From the NCBI RefSeq assembly GCF_009914755.1, contig NC_060927.1: a DNA stretch of 64,000 nt; one strand, given 5' to 3'. The notes under the pieces were generated by a model that was not told where the DNA came from, made no database searches, and saw only the letters and a program-made list of their open reading frames with translations. This DNA is from the human T2T-CHM13v2.0 reference genome, Homo sapiens. Made by a program: the position numbers and the translations under genes. Of this stretch, positions 29,279 through 43,264 are shown one piece after another (within the stretch, counting starts at the first letter, position 1; each line of letters starts with the position of its first letter).

Positions 29279-32200
29279 TGATTAGATTGTTTTTTAAATC
29301 TATGAAAGAATTTCGTGCCTTTTTCATAGTCTTACATTGTAACAAAACTTTAAAAATTAAAAAAAATTAATATAATTATAAACATAACAAAGGAAATTAA
29401 AACTATAGGAAAAGAACTGAAATTTCGTTTCCCTTTATTTCAACCAGTTCAATTCAGATACTGTCTTTACCTAGAACAGAAAGAATAATTATTCTCAAAG
29501 TGACCAGCTTAAAACCAAATAATTAGGAATTTTGCAATATGTAAAAACAATACATTAAAAAATCAATTATATGAAGATTGGTATGACAATCTGTAAACAA
29601 TACCCACATAATGTGAGTCCATTTTAAAAGGGTACAAGGTAGCCTAAAATTTACTGTCATTTTTATTTTGCATATTCTACTTGAAAATGTTTTTCTTAGA
29701 TTTGATCAACACTTGGGTCTTCTAACATACAGATATCACCTAACCTTTTGTAGCAACATACAGCTTACAAAACGTCTAGAAAAAATAAAGTTTTAATAAT
29801 TTACAAACTGCTTTCTTCAGTGTTGTGATTGGAGCTGGCATTTTGACAAAACTTATATTTTGAAAAGCATGAAGGCAAAAAGTCCCAAATTACTCAGCTC
29901 AAAACACAAAAATGCCATCCCCGTTTCACACCATGGTCCCACCCCAACCCTACCTCCTGCCACCACCATAGATAAATAAAAGCAATAAAAACAGAAGTTA
30001 ACAAATCTCTCACATTGTATGAGGATATTAAAATAAACAGCAATCGGCTAACATCAAATAGAGGATATAATTTGTCTGGATCCTAGACAAACATTCTGAT
30101 GAAGAATAATCCAGCAGTGGGTGAATTTGCGTGTTGAAGTCATTAGAACAGAGTCCTTGCTCATCCAGGGTTTAGAAAGAATCCTCCAATGTTTTAAAAA
30201 TGCATGAAGGATGGAGGGAAAAAATGCATGAAATTAGATATTATTTTATCTTGAGATTGTCCTTTTTTATTATAAAGATGCAAATTTTTTGTGACACCGA
30301 TTTTCACTTATTTTTTTACTTAAAAACCTGAAAGCTCTTACTCCATATTCAACCTTCTCATTTGACCACATCTGTTCACAATGCTTCTACAATGCATCTT
30401 TTAATGTACTTTACCTCATAATTAATGAGGAAAAAATTCTGAAGTCTCAGAAATACAAAAGTCACATGTTAGAAGGGAATATATTATTTTAATATTTGCA
30501 TGTTTATATGAATGATTCATGAATTTAGCAGAAAGAAAATTTTAAACAACACATATGATATCTGTAAATGACAACATAGCAACCAAAATGTATCAATATA
30601 AATTGAGAAACTTGGAACTACAGAGAATATTGACCTTTTAAAAAAACTTTCATGTGTATGATTGGCATGTTGAGAAACAGAATTGCCATATTTTTATAAA
30701 AAGAAAACTGCAGACTTCTGATTTTCCTCATGCAAAAAGAATAATGCACTCTTCTTCATTTAATATATATTGATGCATCATTTTAAATATTTACACAAAG
30801 CAAGCAAAACCTAAACATGTTTACTCCGTGAGTATCTCTGTTTCACCTCTGACAGAATACCATTTCTTGACTTAGAATCATTGATTCCAAAGACATATAC
30901 ATTCATTTATAAGGTATATTCTACTAAGTTTGAATCATTTATCCTTAGGAACAGCTTTCTAGATTCAGACTTACCTTTTAAGTGAAATTAAAATTTAAGC
31001 TTAAAAATGCATATGCCATATATAAATGTGAATTTCTTCCATTCACATTTAAAATGCTGGAAGTTTCTTTTATATATAGAAATAGAAGTGCTATTGTAAT
31101 TCGTGAGTAGTTATAATTAAAGAACAGAACATTTATAATATTTACAAACATAACATTGATAACAGAAAAAAAAAAACCTAATCTTGATTTTAGAAAAAAC
31201 ACTACTTTGAACATATCTCCAAAATTTATATTCTAAATTATGGATCTAATAGAAAGAATGTAAAGTTGCCATTTAGCAGTTAAAAACAAAACATCATAGC
31301 TTTTATTCAGCTGATAAATCCCCAACTCTAAAATTTCAGATTATAAATAGGCAGTATTGGGAATACGGCATATTACACTGAGCCACAAAAGAGTGGCAAA
31401 TATTCAAAATTAAATGTTTTTCATCCTTTGGAAACAATATGCATATTACTGATGCCTGACATAAATGGCCTTTGCTCCATTTGACATTTAATCAAGTAGT
31501 TGGTATTAAAACTGGAGACAGAAAAGATGTGTTGAAAGCAGTTACTTGTATAGTGAGATTTGCAGAAAAACTACATGTGGTTTCCATTGTCCCATAGCCA
31601 ACATTTTGGAATTCTTACAGAATGATATATTTACATTTCTCAAAACTGAAAATGTCTGCCTTCTTATTGAAGTTTACCATATGTCAAAACACATCAAAAG
31701 CTAAATATTTTATATAAAGAGGGAGAAACTGACTAATCTATAATATATATAAGATTAACCAAAGGAAATTTAAGAATGTCAAAAGCAGTGTTCTAGCTGT
31801 CGGGTAATTAATACTTGGGTAATCCTTGATAAATCATAACCAATGTTTTAATTTACATGACTCTACCAAATATGTCAATTATATTCTTAGACAGCTTGTT
31901 AACTGAGTAACTGATGTGTAAAAATTAATAAAATATCACTACATTTAATCAATGCAAAGGTACTCAATGTAAGATCTTCATATTTATTCAATTAAGTAAA
32001 CTCCATTAGTAAACACAATGACCTCAGGGCCTAAATCATTTTTTAAAAATGCATCGTTTTCATGGAAGCTTTTTGAATTTGCCTCAAAAATTAATTATGA
32101 AGAAAACTTTTCTCAGTTTCTGTGCACAGAAATTACCTCCCCAAACCCTTGAAAGCAAATATTAGTAAGCACAGCTCATCTATATCAGTGAGATGACAGA

Positions 32201-32599
32201 AGCATCAAAAGCTTAAGCTGTATCCAAAGATTACATGAGTCAACTTACTGTACATGCACAGACATTTTACTGTTCTGTAGGCATGCTGTTGCAAGCATAA
32301 TATCCATTTAACATATGGTAAAGATAGGGAACTGTGAAATGCACCTAGAGAAAAAAACAGCTAATGACAAAGAGCAGGTAAGTGAACACTTCAAACCTCA
32401 AAACATATACCAATCAGCAAGTCAGAATAACATCTCTCCCAGGATATGAACAAAAATGACTAACACAGATTTTATTGCTTACATCTTTTAAATCATAATA
32501 ACTGAAAAGGTTATATATAGATCTAATCCAAGTGAACCTAGAGTCACAAAGTGTTACCACTAGAAGAATAATTGTATCAGATGCCTAACTAATAAGTAT

Positions 32600-33150
32600 T
32601 TTATCAAGACCTGGCAAATAAAGTTGAGAGGGGAAATTCTAAAAGGTGACAGAATCATGGGCAATAATAATGGAGGCTTATAAAACACATTCCATGGTTG
32701 ATAAAGTGGTTGACTTCTTGAGAGAGCTGTAAAATTATCAGGGAAAGGAGAGCAGATGTTACACATTTGGACTTGGTAAAGCATTCGATGCACTGCCTCA
32801 TGAAAAGTGACTTGAAAAATTAGTCCAAATTGGCTTGGATCTGATCAGTGTCACACAGATTGAAAACTGCCTGAAAATCAGTAAACAAAAGATCTTAACA
32901 AATGGCTATATATCCACTTGGGGTAGAGATCAGCCACTGGAATTGGTGTTAAATCTGGTTTTAGTTAATGGTCTTATGAATAGCTTCTTAAAATAAACAA
33001 TTTTAATAGAATTTTGAAATGCTGCTGCATTGGGAGACAATGCTTACAAAGGAGAGAATTGAAAATGATAGTGTTAGAGAGAAGAGTTAAATGCACAGGA
33101 AATAAAGTGAAATTTAGCTTGTAAAAATTCACTACAGAAAATAAGATGTG
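32600..33150 (+). mobile_element. CR1/L3 LINE reverse-transcriptase fossil
   Basis: Hand translation ADVTHLD/[frameshift]GKAFDALPHEK*LEKLVQIGLDLISVTQIENCLKISKQKILTNG resembles the CR1 RT motif DvIYLDFsKAFDtVPH..LL.KL...GL....v.WI.nWL..R.Q.V.iNG. Confidence 0.75.
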
Positions 33151-33631
33151 ACAATAAAATAATGATTCTTATTTTTTTTAACATAGATACCAGAACTTAC
33201 AGATACAAATAAACCTTGTTTTTCAAAGTAGTCACCCTGAGAAACCAAACACAGTCCAGCAATACTGTCACAGTTTAAAATGTTTCTGGGGAATTCATCT
33301 TTGAAATTGCCTCAAGCAAGTAAGTGCCAGTAAACGTTAGAAACCTTTATGAGCCATATAAGAAAATGTGTCTTATCACAAAACAACCATGCTTAATTTT
33401 TGTCCCACACTTCGTTTGTAATAATAATAATAATAATAAAATTATACTCCCTAGCTTCTTCATCAGACTTAAGGCCAACAGCCTTTGGCTAGTTCCAACA
33501 CTAAATCCACCCTCAGAGAGCTAAGATTTCTCTCTACTAAAATTATCTTTAAAAAATACTAGACATATCCATTTCAGTCTTATTCATTCCACTAACATTT
33601 ATGACAACCTATTATATATCTATGCCTACTA

Positions 33632-34655
33632 CAGGCATAGTTAAAGATATTGTGTGTTCAGTTCCAGATGACCACAATAAAGTATCATGATACATGAGTC
33701 ATATGAATTGCTTTATTTCCTAGTGCATATAAAGTTATGTTTACACTATACTGTAATCTAAGACTACAATTGCATTATGTCTAAAACAAGGATGTACATA
33801 CCTTAATCAAAAAATACCTTTTTTGCTAAAAATGCTAATGATCATCTGAGCCTTTAGTGAGTCATAACCATTTTGCCGACGAAGGGCCTTGCCTGTATAT
33901 TGATGGCTGCTGACTGATAAAGGTGGTGGTTACTGAAGGTGGTTGAGGTGGCTGTGGCAATTTCTTAAAATAAGACAACAATGAAGTTTTCCACATCAGG
34001 TGACCCTTCCTTTCACAAAAAATTTCTCTGTAGCACATGATGCTGTTGGATAGCATTCTAAATCCCTTATTGTCACTTCAAGAATGTTCATAGTATCTTC
34101 AACAGGAATAAATTCCATCTCAAGAAATTATTTCTTTTGGTCATCCATAAGAAACAACTCCTTATCCATCAAATTAATTATGAGATTGCATACATTCAGT
34201 CATATCTTGAGGCTCCACTTCTAATTCTAGTTATCTTACTATTTCTAGCACATCTGCAGTGACTTCCTCCACTGAAGTCTTCAGCCCCTCACAGTCATCC
34301 ATGAGGGTTAGAATCAACTTCTTCCAAACTCCTGTTAATGTTGATATTTTGACCTGTCATGAATCAGGAATGTTCTTAATGGCATCTAGAATGGTAAATC
34401 CTTTCCACAAGGTTTTCAGTTAACTTTGCCCAGATCCATCAGAGGAATCATTGTCTATCATAGCTATAGCCTTACAAAATGTATTTCTTAAATAATAAAA
34501 CTTAAAAGCAAAAAATATTCCTTAATCCATGGACTGCAGAATAAATGTGGTGTTAACAGGCATGAAAACAACATTAATCTCTTTGTACATCTCCATCAGA
34601 GCTCTTGGGTGACCAAGTGCTTTGTCAATGATCAGTACTCTTTTGAAAGATACCT
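33632..34655 (+). mobile_element. Tigger1 (TcMar) DNA transposon, one terminal portion only
   Basis: TA followed by caggcata...gatattg..ttcagttccaga TIR; Tigger1 body motifs; the other end is missing. Confidence 0.85.
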
Positions 34656-35134
34656 TGTACTCGGCCATGAGAAATTAATATCTTCTGTGAAGAAGGCAGA
34701 AGCATTCCAAATCATTCTGAGGATTATTCTTTACTAATGTAGCTTTTGCAGCTTTTAATATTTAGATAACACAGGGTCTGGTGAGTAGGAGTCTCCAAAG
34801 TTTAGCCTACCTGATTGTCTTCTTTTCTTTATTCTTTCTACACTTCCAACTTCCTCTGCCTTCCAACCCCATCCCATGCCAACCATGTCCTTCCCTGCCT
34901 TTCAGCTACCACTGCCTCCAACAATGACAGACCTCAAGGGAAGTCAGAAAAGGATAGTCTGACAGTTAAAGCAGAAGAAGGAAAAGAGTCTAAGCACCCA
35001 GTAGGTATTTAATAAATATCTGTTTCATAAATAAATAAATGAGTTATGTGCAGCTAGGCATCTAGAATGAGTAACTTGGGAGAGAGAAGGAAGACAGAAG
35101 GATGATCTGGGAGAAATGGGAAGTGGCTCAAGAC

Positions 35135-35319
35135 AAAAATACAAAAAATTAGCCAGGCGAGGTGGCTGGCGCCCATAGTCCCAGCTACGCGGGAGGCTGA
35201 GGCAGGAGAATGGCGTGAACCCCAGGAGGAGGAGCCTGCAGTGAGCCGAGATCACGCCACTGCACTCCAGCCTGGGCGACAGCGAGATTCTGTCTCAAAA
35301 AAAAAAAAAAAAAAAAAAA
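35135..35319 (+). mobile_element. AluY right arm only (5'-truncated)
   Basis: aaaaatacaaaaaattagcc...gaatggcgtgaacc...poly(A); no TSD seen. Confidence 0.9.
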
Positions 35320-36499
35320 GAGAGCTTTCCATGGGGTGGGTAGAAAAAGAAAACTTCTCCTTTAAGTAGTGAAGAGCTATGAAGGAGAGGGTCATAGAAA
35401 TTGACACTATTTGGGAGACTTTCCTTCCCTCTCTGGTTGGACCATATTTCAGTCAAAGAGCATAGTCATGCCTTTTTATATATTCAGTCCACAAACCTAC
35501 TTACTGTTTTTCTCATTCTGTACCCAATTAGGTAGGAAGAGAAGCATGGGATGATGGGATGGCTGGGGTAGTGTGGGGCTAGAGGATGGGATTAGGGAGT
35601 GAGACAAGGCTAAACCCATCTCACTGTGCCACTAATCTCAGGAGTTATCATGTTATCCAGAAATTCCTAACCCCACTTGATTCTATGAGCAGCTCTCTGG
35701 TGAACAGAGTTCATGGTATGAAAGAGGTAATCAACTCAGTGTGCAGATCCATTGTTTTGTCACTGATACAATGGCAGACATTCCAAAAATGAATCTTCAC
35801 CTTGCCTGTCAAAGCCTATCTATTCTAATTCCCCACCCTGATCTTGGAAAACTACAAAAAGGACCAATTACCCTCTGAGTTAGTCAGAGCCTCATTTGTA
35901 CTCAATGAGGAATCACATACAGGCACACAACCCTTCCAACAGCATAACTGGTACTGACTATTAACCTAGATCAATAGTCTCAACAGAAAAGGTCAAAGGT
36001 CCAATGGGCTCTGGGAACCCCAGACCACATTACTCTCCACCTTGACCAACTTGACAGACAAGCTCAATTGCCCAGGCTGTTCCCTTTCAGTCAGTGCATT
36101 AGCAAAGAACTTCAGAGCTTGAAACTAACAGTCCTTTTCTTTATATTAAATACCAAAAAAGGTAAATAATAATAAGCAGAAGATGACAAAGAAGGAATAA
36201 GAACAAAGAGAATAAAACAAGACAAAGATTTCCATTGCCGACTCACTTTTTATAAAAGAATATACATAATTTTGCAGATTTCCTCTATAGGAGGCTTCAT
36301 TTTATAATGAGAGATTTGTGGGAATTCTGCTATATGGCATGTAGAAATCTGTATGGCTGAGTAACAGCGTACTCGAGGGTATGGCTAAATATCTTGGCCC
36401 TGAGTTTTGAGGGGACTCTTGCTACTGAACACTCAGAAGGTCCCCTGGCATTAAAAAATGACAAGAAGCTCTTACACATATAAACAATTCAGAAACTGC

Positions 36500-36987
36500 C
36501 TACATTTGTTTTCTATTGCTGCTACCACACATTATCATAAATTTAGTGTCTTAAAACAATACAACTTGATTATTTTGCAGTTCTGTAGCCTAGAATTCCT
36601 ACACAAGTTTCACTGTACTAAAATCACGGTATAGAAAGGGCTGCATTCCTTCTGCACACTCTGGGTGAATTTCTTGCCTTACCTTTTTCATCTTCTAGAG
36701 GCCACTTGCACTCCCTGCCTCCTCCAGCTTCAAAGCCAGAAACTTTGCATCTCTCTGAACATTCTTCCTTAGTCACATCTCTCTGAGACTTTCCTCTTTG
36801 GCCTCCCTCTTTTAAGTACCCACGTAATTACAGGGGATGCACCCAAATAATCCAGGATACATTCCCTATTTTAAGGTCAACTGACTTGCAAACTTAATCC
36901 CCCTTTGTCATGTAAGCCAACATATTTACAGGTTACAGGGATCAGGATGTGGATATCTTTGGAGGGGGCATTATTTTGTCTAACACA
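36500..36987 (-). mobile_element. MLT1-family MaLR LTR
   Basis: ttttctattgctgct...aaatttagtgtcttaaaacaa...ggatgtggatatctttggagggggcattatt signature. Confidence 0.75.
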
Positions 36988-37849
36988 CTTCTCTGTTACT
37001 ACCAAGGCAAATCAGAGGACCTGCCTTTTTCTTTCCAAAGCTTCCTTTGATGGCTATTCTTACCTAATCTCACCTGTCTAAAAAGTTTTTAAAGGAAGTC
37101 TAGAACTGAAACTCACCCAGGGAGAATCCTGGGCCCTTTTAGGCAAGCACTGGGCAAGACTAATTTTAATGGAAATTATGTAAGCCTTAAAAGAAACACA
37201 ACTGCTGACAAGTGAGAATTTCAGTAAATAAATATATTGCACACAAGACAGATAATTACATTTTAAGCCAGTAATGCCAGTAAACATAATACAAAACAAT
37301 GTAGCACAAGTACTGAAAATTTGGATAGACTAATAGACTTTTTTGAAGTCATTTTTAAGGGTAGTTTATTTTATTCTTCCTTTCCACGGAAGCATAGAAA
37401 TGTATTCAATAAATATGCAACAGAAGGACAATCAATCTAATATCAAAGTGACTAGAGAGTTAATGCCAGGGCTCCATGGGTATGCTGACATTCCAGAATA
37501 GAGAGGACTGAAGGTCAGAGACTCTGGGTAACCTGCACATTAAGAACGTCCTCAAGTTATCGGGGGGAAAGATAGAGTCCTTTCTGTTCTACACAAAGGG
37601 GCAGATCTAAAATCACAGTCCCTCAAAATCTCTAAAAATTTTTGCAAGATTTGAAGAGAGCTTTGTTCCAAACTCCAGTGCACACAATATAAACACACAT
37701 TATCAATACTTACAATAAGAGATTGGAATTAAAGTGCACACCACCTCCCAAAGTTTTTCAAAACTGCTTCTAATCACAAAAAGGTAAATTAAAAATCCTC
37801 TCTATGTGACAGTAGTTTAAAAGGTAAATAATGGAAGTAGAAAGGAGAT

Positions 37850-38050
37850 GTACATTTGTTGAAACCTGTTATGTACCAGGCACCTTACATAACTTATTTT
37901 TATTTGATCCTCACAATAATTGGCAAGGTGTGTGCTGCAGGACACTAAGAGGTCATAGATTTTAGGAGGCTAAGAAATGACCTAAAACTTTACATCTAAT
38001 AGTTGGTATAGCAAAGATTTGAAGTCAAGAATATCTGCCTCTAAAAATTA
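37850..38050 (-). mobile_element. MIR fragment
   Basis: tatgtaccaggcac...atttgatcctcacaataa. Confidence 0.55.
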
Positions 38051-38984
38051 GCCGTATACTATGACAACACATCCCAAATAAAGATGTATAAAAAGTACTT
38101 GGCTCTTCATAGATATTATATAAAATATGGGACAATATTAGTGATATACCTAAATTTAGACATTAGAAAGAAGTCCTTCTTAATTTACTCTGTAATTGTA
38201 ACTCAGTTGTTCATCTTACAGGTCCCTATAGTAATAATTAAACATTCCTTTCTTTGTTTTATATGTGTTTTCAAACTGCTATTAAAGATCCTTGGTCAGC
38301 AGCCTTTATATCTTTTGGCATTTTGCTGCTAATGCTCGGTAAACATGGGCAGCCAAGGAAAATGCAGATGGTGCTATGGAACACAAACCACGACAACATA
38401 TGGTATACATTTAGTCCTAACAAAGTGCGCTTCTTAACCTCTGGGTGTCGCTTCACCATTCCTTTATAAGACTACTCATTTCCAGGGAAGGTTTAGTTTC
38501 CAAAACCAGGGCAACAGGCCCACATGTGTTATATGGCCATTCAGATGCACAGATTATGTGTCCTAATACCTTTAAGCAAGTGCATTTAGCACATGCTTCC
38601 TAGCACTATCATGTGTATTTATGAACTGTTTTGCCCAGATGGTAAGCTCCTCGAGGACAAGTGCCATGCCTGAAATCTCACCTTATTAACTGTGCATGGC
38701 AGAGTAACAATGTTATCTATCTTGCATATAGAGACACACAACCTATAAATTGCTCTTCTAGGTAAACCTCCTAACTACACTGCTACATTGTGACAATTGT
38801 CACATCTTCTAGATGAGGCTCACACAGGCTAAGCAATTAGCCAGAATCACAAACTAACAGGCAATGTTTTCTTCTTGCCCACAAGAGAAAGCTTTTCTTG
38901 TCTTGCAACACTTTATTGTTTTTTTCTTTTAAGGTTTTTATTACAAAGGTCAATGTCTATTGGCCTTTTAATAAAAGTAATTAT

Positions 38985-39230
38985 TATTTAGTACTTAGTA
39001 TACATATGCAAGGCATTGTTCTAAGGGTTTTACAAATATTAACTCATTTAATCCTCCTAACCATTCCATGAGATAGACACTATTTTTATCCACATTTTAC
39101 AGATAAGGAAACTGAGGGACAGAGAGATTAACTTGTCCAAAATCAGAGGACTGGTAAACAGTAGCAGTGAAATTTGAATCCAGCAGTGAAGCATAGCTCC
39201 AGAGTGTGTGCTCTTAAACATACACTATTC
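38985..39230 (-). mobile_element. MIR
   Basis: aactcatttaatcctc...cattttacagataaggaaactgagg core. Confidence 0.85.
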
Positions 39231-40949
39231 TGCTTGAATAAGAGTCTACAAAGATCCTTACTCAGGACATATGAGGAGTTGTTCAGCAAGAAAAGAAGCA
39301 TGTTTACTCCTCCCTATTTGATGTATTTGATTATATTCTAAAACCTTTCCTCATGCCAATAGAACTCCGCGTATTATACTAAACTTTCCTGCACCGAAGG
39401 CATATGTAATGGTTACCTTGACTGACATGTAAAATACCCAAAACAAAATACCCCGAGACTCGAGGATTTTTTGTTTCATGAATTAGACACCAAAAAAAAA
39501 ATTGTCTAGGCATCAGAAGTGTTATACACTCACATCTGTAAGTCTTTCTTGGGATTTTCAGATTTCTTATACAAGATTTTTTTTTGTCTGAAATATTTCA
39601 GTGCTCACTCAATGCCTGAGCTTGAAAATTATCTAATCCTTTTTAATTTTTTCATTTTCAGCTACTTTGCCTTCAGGCATAGGGCAGGGCAAGCACTTGC
39701 TTTCAATATGATGTTTAACACTTTTTATGTTTTTATTTTCGTCATCTTGAAAACATGCTAGTAAACATCCAAACATACTGTAAAGATTTAAAATTTGGGG
39801 TGTGTATACGTATATCAACAGGAGTTATGAATTATGTATATTGCAGGCCTATATAAATTAGATTTTGAAGAACAAGCATCACAGTAATCAAGCGGGTCAT
39901 AATAAGACATTCCATGTGAAATGTAAAAACTACCTTGAATAAATTATCTGTAAGTTAACATTCTCATTAGAATGACATATTTATTATTTCTGGGTTTGTG
40001 ATATTGCTTTAATGTATTTTGGCTAACTGTTTTAATGGCATATTAAGAAACCATTTCAGGCCTTTTTTCCCCGTTGGAATTTGCAGACTTTTATTTCCGT
40101 TTGAACTAAAATAATATAATATTAAAAACATTCCCCCACTTCCCAATGTACAATACCATTTTCTTCTGCCCAGAAATATTTAATTAAAGCAGGATATAAC
40201 CTCAGTAATTATTTTTACACAGAATGACTCTTAAATTAATAGTCAGTTGTATGACTAAAAATTGGGAGACTGACAATCAAAACAATCTTAAATGCTTTGT
40301 TTATGTGATGAAAATGAGTGATCCTTTAATTCCCTCACACACATTAAACTGATTTCACAGATTTTCTGTACTGGTGTTTAACATAGTCAAGTGCTTGAGG
40401 TTATGTAAAATAAACAATCTTGAGATCTTATTGCAAATGTTTGCAATTTATGATGTAAACTGATTTGTGAAGAAAAAACAGGATCCTATGTCGCTGAAGC
40501 CAAAGAGGCATTTTTCAGAAATCAAAATAGTTCCGAAATTTGAGCATTGCATTATACTAAAGTATTACCATCTGAGGACCCAAAAAAGTTATAAATCTGG
40601 GGAAAAACTCAAAATAGATGTACATCAGTTCAGCTCCAAGCAAAGGCACCGATCTTACTATCTTACTGTGTCTCTTGTATCATAGGGTCCTTAACACTAA
40701 TGATGTCTTAAACAATCTCTTTTAACTCAGTTTTTCCCAGTCATTGATTTTGCAACTCGGGAAGGTTTTGCATGCCCAAAAGATTTGGGGAGCAGAGGAT
40801 GGGGGTGTCCTTTATTAATTATATTAGGATTATTGAGTTTCGACCCAAACTACAAGCATGTTGGGCCTTATTTAAATTTAAAGTGAATTCCTCAGACCCC
40901 TTCTTGGGATGGTTCGGGGAACTACGAGTTTGGAACTCTTGTTCACACA

Positions 40950-41960
40950 CCGAGGCGCCTGCCCCAGAGTTTGGACACTGGCATTCCGGGAGAGCAGGCC
41001 TTGCGGGAGTCTGGACCCGAAGGGCGAGACTCCACAGGGCCAAGGAAAGCGGCCTCTGTCCTCCGTTAGTCTTGGGGGAGCAGACGCAAGAGGAGGCAAG
41101 GGCGCCGCGAGCTCCCCGGATGCACTGGTCCCACAGGCCGTGCCCGAGTGGAGCACTGCGAATGGGGCCAAGAAATTTTGGCCTTTCTCGCCGGACCTGG
41201 CTGCCTCCGCGGGCCTCTCCGCCTACCGCGCTCCCGCCGCGGCCCGACTCCCGCGGGTCTCCGCGCCGAACCCACCTGGCTCCTATCGCACGGGACATTC
41301 CCGACCCACCCACGCCGCGTCACTGAGCCTCTGTACCGATACCCGGCGCCTCCGCCAGCAGGGCCTGGACGCACCGCCTCCTTTGACCTCGGGCTTCCCC
41401 CGCGCTCCGCTGCTTGGGGCAGACTGGCCCCGAGAGGGAGCCACCATCTCCCCTGCTCCAGGGTCTCCAGGGTCCGAACCCGTGTTGGGATCTGGGTTAG
41501 GATTAGGGTTTGGAGCTTGGAGCCTGCCTGTTAGGACCCCCGGCCCCGGCGCCGACTGGAGCTCGCTGGAGGCCACAGGACCACGGCGGATGGCCTGGCT
41601 GCTTCAGGGCGTACCATGCCCGCAGGCAGATGTTTATTATTAAAAACTACCGACGTTCATCAACCAGGAGACCCGCAAGGCCTGCGCACTGAATACGGCC
41701 CAAATCCTGTTCAGTGGTCTTTGAAAGTTAAAAGAAAGAAACCTATCGCCCACGTCTATGCTGAGGAACAGCTTTGAATACGAGCTAAGACCTGGGAGAG
41801 GGCCAAGTGGGGGTGGTGGGGAACACTGCTGGAGGATGTGGGGCTTTGGCAGGGGTTTTACGCACCCTCCAGCACGAGGGTGGGGGGTCCCAGGGGACGC
41901 TCAGGACTCTTTCAGTCTTTGCGGAAGGTCCCGTCATCACAAGAGCCCGCGCGGGAAGGA
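40950..41960. promoter_or_regulatory. Orphan CpG island downstream of SHOX2
   Basis: About 1 kb of GC/CpG-rich sequence without a credible ORF. Confidence 0.75.
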
Positions 41961-43256
41961 AAGTTCCTGCCTTGGACATGGTCAGGGCCGAGTCTTCAAA
42001 GTCTCCAACTATCCCCACACAGGCAGCACCTTTGGGCTTTACTAGTGGGATTTCTTCCAGAAGAAGGGGGCCACGACATGGGGAGAGAGAGCTCCTCATT
42101 ATTTTCAAGGCCAGGCTTTTCCTAAACCCGATTCTGGCTTCCACCTTCTAAATTTAACCAATGAAGAAGCTGCTTCAGCCAACCCTAAACAGGAGTGTCA
42201 GATGGGGAATCCTCCCTCCACAGTGCCCTGGCCTGCCCGCCTTTGCGGCTCTTTTCCCGCTCCGAAGTCAGCACCTGCCCCGCTCCAGAGAGGGTCAACG
42301 AACTGGGACTGATTGTCGATTATGCCATACCAAACCTAGGTTGATTTCGCTCCGCAGGATCCCTCCTTCCTTCCTCCCAAAAGTGTCCCCAGATAAAGAC
42401 TGGAATTATAGCAAAACGAATAACGAGAGTCCATCTTGGGGAAGGAAGTTACTCTATCCTATGTTATTTTACTTCTTATCTGTTCTTTCATTAATTTGGT
42501 ATAACCCTGTTTCTATGCTGGGTGGATAAAATGGAGGGGGCCGGCGGAAATGCGCTCAGCGCTAACGACAGCCACAGAGCCACCCTTCTTACTGCCCCTT
42601 GACTGCGGCACGTAAGAGCAGAGGCAAGCGCTTTTCCAAGTTGGTATATTCGAGAGAGTGATACGCATTAATCAAAAGGGAAAGACTATCCCGGATATTT
42701 TAATAGTAACAGGAACAAAGATGACTCGAACCCCATCAAATGAAACGATATTTTCATTCAATTGATCGCAAAGTGTCTTCAATTAATAACTTGGCACTTA
42801 TTTAAAAGGTTTAACAGAATTGGAGGCGACACATTTTGTACTGACAACACGTCATGAGATAACATCTTTTGTTTAAAATAACTTAATACACTAGAAAAAA
42901 ATATGTCAAATATAAATAATTTTGTTTTCATGGAGAACAAATAGTTACAAAGCTCAACCGCATACCAAAGTTCAGTTAGAAGAGCTTTTCCTCTTTCTTG
43001 TAAATTAGAAGGTAAAACAAAAACAAAAACAAAACCCCACAAACTTAGGCTTGCTAGCGAATTGGGATACAGACTGGCTTAGTCCAAGGTATCCCAGTTT
43101 AAATAGCTACATGAATTGAAACAAACAACCAAAAGAAAAAAAAAAAACAAAAAAGAAACAAACAAACAAAAAAAAAAGGTTACTTGAATAGATACACCTT
43201 TGTGAGATAAAATGCAAATGTTGAAAGTCAGTCCACACATTATAGTCAAAATAAAC

Positions 43257-43264
43257 TTTGTTCG
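43257..43264 (-). promoter_or_regulatory. miR-375 8mer seed site (CGAACAAA) in the SHOX2 3'UTR; second 7mer-A1 site (GAACAAA) at 43587-43593
   Basis: Plus-strand tttgttcgt equals miR-375 nt 1-9 (UUUGUUCGU); SHOX2 is recalled as a reported miR-375 target. Confidence 0.7.

Noticed and set aside
41492-41512. Telomere-like GGGTTAGGATTAGGGTT
   Set aside because: Only about three degenerate units; compatible with chance.
40772-42529. Many overlapping 95-244 aa ORFs on both strands
   Set aside because: Expected stop depletion in a CpG island; no domains and no consistent exon structure.
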